64,000 nt of DNA from Octopus vulgaris (Eukaryota), in NCBI GenBank assembly GCA_951406725.2, contig OX597815.1, positions 5,394,001 through 5,458,000 on the forward strand, in the 5' to 3' direction. This document shows, one piece after another, positions 56,522 to 64,000 of this stretch. Position numbers and translations under genes: made by a program. Each line of letters opens with the position of its first letter. The stretch's first letter is position 1. Below the pieces are notes generated by a model. The model saw only the letters and a program-made list of their open reading frames with translations, ran no database searches and was not told where the DNA came from.

Positions 56522-56654
56522 TAGAAAAGTTTTCAATTTTTTTTTTTAAGTTTTAAAAGTTTATGGTATTGTTAAAGGTTTGGATAACGAAGTAGGTATA
56601 AATGGATAAATGGTAGACAGGTGGATAGACAGACAAATGAATCGATAGATAGAT

Positions 56655-56929
56655 ATGTTTCTTTATTAGCCACACAGGGCTGAACACAGAGGGGACAAAT
56701 TACAAAGTAGAGCTTTTCTTTTGGGGGACAAGAAAAGAAAAGGGGGTGGGGTATGTTTTCGATCAAAAGGGATTGTAAAAAAGAAAGAAACAAGAAAAAG
56801 AACGATCAATAGGGATCGTGTATCACAGAAATGTCATGATGTAAAGTGTAAAGGGAGAAACAGATAAGGTTTATCCGTGGAAAGAAAAGCTTACAGAAAA
56901 GACCACGGTAACTTCGGTCAATAATGTCA
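56655..56929 (-). mobile_element. LINE-like 3' end inserted in (GATA)n
   Basis: Homologous to 34555-34730; GATA repeats on both sides. Confidence 0.8.
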
Positions 56930-57854
56930 TAGATAGATAGATAGCTGATGGATGGGTTGATAGATAGAGAGATAGATAGATAGTTCAGTATGCAGATAGG
57001 ATAGATAGTAAGCCATTCACGTGGTGTTGGAGTGAGCCCCGTTTTGGGGTGTGTGGCTAACGTTTTAGCGCTTTCAAACCGCTGTATCTTATCCTATTTT
57101 GTTTTATTTTCTTTTACTAAAGTGTATTTGGTGCGTCTTTATACAATGAGATTTCTCACAACGTACGACAGGGTTTTGAATTCAGAATGTAAACGGAAGT
57201 ATTTTTCCAGGGACCGTGACTACATTTGCCATTAGAAATGAAATATTTCTAAAAGTTGGAAAGTTATGGAGTGATATGTATTATATTATACGGTTGAAAT
57301 TTCGGAGCACCATATGCTGATTTTAAATTTGGAAGAGAGAAAGCAAACACTGCGATATATTTGATCTGTTGTTTCACCATTGTTGGACAACAATTCATTG
57401 TTGCTGAAACTCAACTGATTCCGATATTCATTGAAAATTCGTCTACCCTAACACAAACATCTTACCTGGAATTGCAGCTGTCGCTTTCTCTGCATTTAAT
57501 TCCAGAAAGTTGAAATGTCTGAACCAAACTTGCATAAATAATAAACATAACTACCAAGAATATTTCGACTTGTTTCAAAATATCTTGGTTATTCCTGCAC
57601 AAATAGTTGGAAGTGCGCATAAACTCAAGGAAGAAGAAAATTGCAAGTTGTAAAAAGAATGCCGTACCCTGAGGAAAACCACCTCAAAAGAAACAGTTGT
57701 AAAAGCTGACCCGTGGGCCGGCTTTACTGAGCGCTGTAGTCAATCCTGCGGCACCTACCGCTGGGCATATCACGTGGTCGGTTCGATATAATCGATTATA
57801 ACGTCCCCCAAGGTTTGTCGGCTTGTCTCTGTTAGAATTCATTAATATTATCTT

Positions 57855-58072
57855 TAAAGCGACGAGGTACCAGAATCGTATGCACGCCAGGCATTTCGTC
57901 CGTCTCTGCGTTTTGAGTTCAAATTCCGCCGAAGTCAATTTTGCCTTTAATCAAAAGTTTAAAGGCAAAATTAACCTCGGTCGATAAAATACCAGTTGAA
58001 CACTGGAGTCAATGTAATCGACTTACCCCATCCTCCTTCTGAAATTGCAGGCCTTGTGCCAGAATTTGAAAC

Positions 58073-58107
<35 letters not shown>

Positions 58108-58495
58108 GTGGCGAGCTGACAGAAACTTTAGCACGCCGGGCGAAATGCGTAACCGTATTTCGTCCGCCGTTACGTTCTGAGTTCAAATTACGCCGAGGTC
58201 GACTACGTCTTTCATCCTTTCGGGGTCGATAGATTAAGTACCAGTTACGCACTGGGGTCGATGTAATCGACTTAATCCGTTTGTCTGTCCTTGTTTGTCC
58301 TCTCTGTGTTTAGCTCCTTGTGGGTAATAAAGAAATAGGTATTTCGCCCGTCGCTACGTTCAGAGTTCAAATTCTGCCATGGTTGACTTTGCCTTTCATC
58401 CTTTCAGGATCGATAAATCAAGTACCCGTTGCGTACTGAGGTAGATCTAATAAACTGGCCACCTTCCTCCAAATTTCAGACTTCGTATCTATAAT
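57855..58495 (+). mobile_element. SINE family B degenerate monomer and dimer (58108-58495)
   Basis: Junction AAAGAAATA|GGTATTTCGCC. Confidence 0.85.
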
Positions 58496-58528
<33 letters not shown>

Positions 58529-59204
58529 GATTATAATGTTAACAATATTGTTAGTTCTGACAATTTTGTCTCTGAATTTTCCCATGACACGGACACGGGA
58601 GATTGGCAAGTCACCTTAATAACCGCAACAATAACACATGATACGCTGATCGGATAAAACACGTGACCGGAAATAATATAATTTTTCTCATTTATTAACG
58701 GAACTATTCCAGTGTGATTTAGATTGGCAAACAAAATTAACTGTTGCTAATGACTGACAAAAAAATGAATTTTATCCGCCGCATCCGCCTTGTATCGTCT
58801 GTTCTGTCACGTGGTATAACGCACACAATGAAACAATCCACAACGAGATTGGTTGAGGAATATATGATGGCGGCGGTGGGGAGAGATGTCATCGATCATA
58901 TTGTTTCTGGCTCACCAGACTTGACTAAAATTTGATATGTTAGCGGCCACCATGAAAAGAATTGGTTATTTTATGCTCTGGAAACTCTGATAGCTTTCTT
59001 TCGAAAGCTTAGAGAGAGAGAAAAAAAATATTAATTAATATTAAATAATTAATGAACGGTGGCTCGGCTTCAGACACACACACACCCACAAAACCGAAAA
59101 AATAGTGGGCGAAATGCCCATATTTTGGATGTGATTTTTTTTTTATGGATAAACAAAATGAAGATTGAACGAGAAAATAAAGAAGAAAAAATAAAATATT
59201 CGCA

Positions 59205-60005
<801 letters not shown>

Positions 60006-60017
60006 CTAAACTAAACT

Positions 60018-60322
60018 GGTTCTCCGTCGCTTACGACGACGAGTGTCCCAGATGATCCGATCAACGGACCAGCCTATTCGTGAAATTAACGTGAAAGTGG
60101 TCGAGTACTCCACAGACACACGTACCCAGGGAGATTGAATATGACAGAGAATGTGACGCGGCTGGGCCTTTTTGAATTACAGGCACAACTCATTTTTGCC
60201 AACTGAGTGGACCAGAGGAATGTGAAATAAAGTGTCTTGCTCAAGGTCACAATGCGTCACCAGGAATTGAACTCATGACCTTACGATCGTGGGCCGAATG
60301 TCCTAAGCATTAAGCCACGCAC
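60018..60322 (-). mobile_element. Chimeric SINE: family D-like head and CORE joined to the family C 3' half
   Basis: Minus strand GTGACCTTGAGCAAGACACTTTATTTCAC followed by GTGTCTGTGGAGTACTC..CACGTTAATTTCACGA..CTCGTCGTCGTAAGCGACGGAG. Confidence 0.75.
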
Positions 60323-60464
60323 TTTCGCAGAATAAGTACCACAAAATATGTACCGGGGGTGGATTCGTTCAAATAAACCGTCGAAGAGGTGCTCCAGCAT
60401 GGCCAGTCCAATGACTGAAACAAATCAAAGATAAACGATACGTTACCAAAGATCTGTAGAGATA

Positions 60465-60635
60465 GGCGCAGGAGTGGCTGTGTGGTAAGTAGCTTGTTTA
60501 CCAGCCACATGGTCCCGGGTTCAGTTCCACTGCGTGGCACCTTGGGCAAGTGTCTTCTACTATAGCTTCGGGCCGACCAAAGCCTTGTGAGTGGATTTGG
60601 TAGACGGAAACTGAAAGAAGCCCGTCGTATATATG

Positions 60636-60668
<33 letters not shown>

Positions 60669-60886
60669 TTGTGTGTGTGTGTTTGTCCCGCTAGCATTGC
60701 TTGACAACCGATGCTGGTGTGTTTATGTCCCCGTCACCTAGCGGTTCGGCAAAAGAGACCGATAGCATAAGTACTGGGCTAACAAAAGAATAAGTCCCGG
60801 GGTCGAGTTGCTCGATTAAAGGCAGTGTTCCAGCGTGGCCGCAGTCAAATGACTGAAACAAGTAAAAGAGTAAAAGAGTAAAGAGT
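60465..60886 (+). mobile_element. SINE family A, full length
   Basis: Near-consensus copy. Confidence 0.92.
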
Positions 60887-62065
60887 ATTTATCGACTTCA
60901 TCTCTGGTGGAATGGTAAAGCGAGTCTTTTAGAATATGGGTCTTCAGCATTCCTAATTCTTTTAAAAGAACCTCTCCAGGCTCCGCATTCCTTTTATTTC
61001 CTCACCTTAGAAACGATTAAATATTTTTTCCTCACTCATCTGCCTTAATATCGGAAAATTTGTGAAAAATCAAAAGCAAGACTTTGTTTCTCCTTGTATT
61101 AGAATAATTTTTTTTAATTAAAAGAAATCCTTTTTTCTTTTTTTTTTTTTTTTTTTTTGCCGTGTCATATTCCAGAACGATAAATCTAATTGTCTGCAGA
61201 GAGAAATTTCAGTGTCTTTACTTAAAACGTTATTAGATTCCAGTGACACCTCCTTTATGGCTATCTTTCGTTTCCATATACTTTATGTCCGTCAGCAATT
61301 TTTGTTCAACATTTCAAACGTACGTACCTTCAATAAAATGTATCTTGAATTAACTCTTTTACTCTTTTACTCTTTTACTTGTTTCAGTCATTTGACTGTG
61401 GCCATGCTGGAACACCGCCTTTTTAGTCGAGCAAATCTACCCCAGGATTTTAATGAGTTTTGGTACATAGGTAGATCACATGCCCTGAAGTTCATATAAA
61501 GCCGGAATTTTTTCGAAAACTCGACAATGTTCAGTTGGCATCGGTTTTTGTGTGCTCAACCGGCCGTTTGAATGGAAATTCCCATAACATGTTATTTTTC
61601 CTGCAGCTTTTGCATTTTTTTTGCCCGATTTTGATGAAAATCGATGAAAGAGCAAGGCCCGTGGCAGTGAGTTGATGTCAGTATATGGCGTTGACAAAAA
61701 ATTGACAATTACGCCTGAGCAGTGCTTTTATATAATCAATAGGCGTTTTGCAACACTTTTCTTCGGATTTTACTGTGATTCGACACGCTGATCAATTTTG
61801 TGCAGAGGGTAGCATTAAGGGGAGAGAAATAAACAAACATCACTCTCAAAGGGGTCGAGGTACACCCAAAAGTTTGACTGCGATTTCAAACGGTCCAGTA
61901 TGTAGGAGTATGTCGAAAGCGTTAACCGGGTACAAATCCCTGTCGAACCAGATATAACATCTTAATGGGTAATAGTTGGCCCAAGGAACGAAAAGATTTC
62001 AATACAAGGTCAGAGGTGGGCTTAACATCAACACGGAAGACACGAGCAACGCCGGGTCCAACAGC

Positions 62066-62085
62066 TACATACATACATACATACA

Positions 62086-62121
<36 letters not shown>

Positions 62122-62188
62122 TACATGCATTTATATATATATATATATACATATATATACATGCATATATATATATATATATACATAC

Positions 62189-62248
<60 letters not shown>

Positions 62249-62650
62249 GTGGGGGTGGGTGTATACATTAATACTGTACCCTTAAGAACCACAGATTCAG
62301 TTTCATTTCTGTCGCTAATGGCACTTGCATAACATTTTCCTTATCTGTCGAAGCAGAAGAAAACTTCAAAGCCGCTTCCCATTTTCATTATGATTTCGTA
62401 GACGAATGGCATTGCAAAATCTGCAGAAAATTGATTTAATATCAAAAGTGAAAACTGTACACTAAGATTATTAATCAAATAATATGAAATCATATTTTGT
62501 ATATCAGATCCTCTTTTCCTTGATCGCATGCAAAATAGTCTGACGCAGGCGGAACGGAGTAATCCCGGTCTGTCATTGCGTGTCGTGTACACGCATGTCA
62601 TCGTAGCTGGATAATTATAATATATCAGTGATATATGTAGATGTGTGTTT

Positions 62651-62722
<72 letters not shown>

Positions 62723-62868
62723 GTGTGTGTAGATGTGTAGATGTGTGTGGATATATATATGTAGATGTAGATGTATGTCTGTATATATATATATATACAC
62801 ATATATATATATATGTATATATATGAATATATATATGCAGATGTGTGTATGTGTATATATATATAAAC

Positions 62869-62900
<32 letters not shown>

Positions 62901-63030
62901 GTATATAGCTGTATATATATGTGTGTGTGTATATATTTATTATATATATATATATGTGTATATAGATATATGTATATATATACACATGTATAGAGAGGCA
63001 TATATATATATCGTATATATATATATATAT
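62066..63030. repeat. (TACA)n/(TA)n/(TG)n microsatellite cluster
   Basis: Directly visible, with a unique spacer at about 62250-62620. Confidence 0.9.
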
Positions 63031-63147
63031 TTTTTTCCTCTGTCTTTCCTTCTCGGGATCTTTCCTTCTCCTATGTTTCCGACGAAGAGCTCCGCTCGAA
63101 ACGTTCTCGCATTGTTGTGTTTTTTTTGTGTTTTCTTGTTTGGATTA

Positions 63148-63198
<51 letters not shown>

Positions 63199-63910
63199 AA
63201 TAATGCATATACCTATATATACATACATATACGTACATACCTACGTATATATATATATACATATGCATATATTGGTACAGGACGTCAAATAAACGTGAAC
63301 AAAATGAAAATCGAAGACATAAAAAAACAAAAAGATGGAAAACGGACTATTTTCGAACAACGAAATAAACAAACAGAGAAACGAGACATACGACATTAAG
63401 AATATTTCCCTTCTTCAGTTGTCCCCTGTTTTATCTACTCCGCACTTCGAGCGATAGGACAAGACGCGACTTCGTTAAAACAGTCGTTCCCGCAGAGCAA
63501 ATTAAATGATATTTGGGATTTGAGGAGGGTTAAAGTGGTACCAAAATCAGGAGAGTAAGAACAAAATAGTAAAAATAAATGGTAAGGGCTGTTAAGCAAT
63601 AACGAGGTGAAGTGGTGAACGCTGGAAAAACGAGCTTTGACAGGAGACAGGCCAAAGTGTGTCGTGTCTCTTGTAAAGTAAGAGGAAAAAAGAAAGATAG
63701 CCGCTGGTCACGTGTGAGCAACGAGCGAGGCAAGGAGGAAGAGTGAGGAGATAAAGGGAGAGAAAGTGAACGATGAAGGGGGAGGAGAAGAAAACAGAAA
63801 GAAAGAATAATAATAGAGGGAGAATAGAGATAGTTGTAGTGCGCATCAGAATTATTAAGATAAAACTTACTTGGGAATGGATGCGTGGTATTCGATTATA
63901 TAATAATATA

Positions 63911-63920
<10 letters not shown>
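63031..63920. mobile_element. Probable Penelope-like terminal-repeat remnants with hammerhead-like cores
   Basis: CCGACGA-a-GAGC-tcc-GCTC-GAAA-CGTT at 63079-63105 (+); CTGAAGAAGGGAA on the minus strand near 63406-63419. Confidence 0.45.
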
Positions 63921-63971
<51 letters not shown>

Positions 63972-64000
63972 TATATACATACATATATGTACATATCTAC

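Noticed and set aside
62041-62067. Helitron 3' hairpin (CGAGCAACGCCGGG)
   Set aside because: Terminal CTAG is incomplete and no 5' end was identified, so the element cannot be delimited

Overview
AT-rich, microsatellite-saturated animal genomic DNA. The repeat landscape (tRNA-derived CORE-type SINEs, R4/Dong, Tx1, RTE and CR1 LINE fragments, Penelope-like remnants, Helitrons, MITEs) suggests an octopus or related cephalopod; this is an inference, not a database match. I can support only one intact host gene: an intronless 428-aa ORF at 47404-48690 (+) with a degenerate RING finger and an NHL beta-propeller. Nearly all other ORF-track entries are microsatellite or SINE read-through. The most interesting signals are in the mobile DNA. 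(1) A tRNA-headed short element carries an internal (TAA)n tract and a 3' minimal hammerhead ribozyme, sits as a head-to-head pair, and hosts Dong retrotransposon insertions in its TAA tract. (2) A SINE family recurs as dimers with one fixed junction between the A and B boxes, and its tail matches a Tx1-like LINE 3' end. (3) Tx1-like pieces are repeatedly embedded in (TATC)n in one orientation. (4) A non-coding ~560-bp element is stacked in TAA repeats. (5) SINE and LINE 3' stem-loops show compensatory changes. All coordinates and alignments were read by eye, so boundaries may be off by a few bases.
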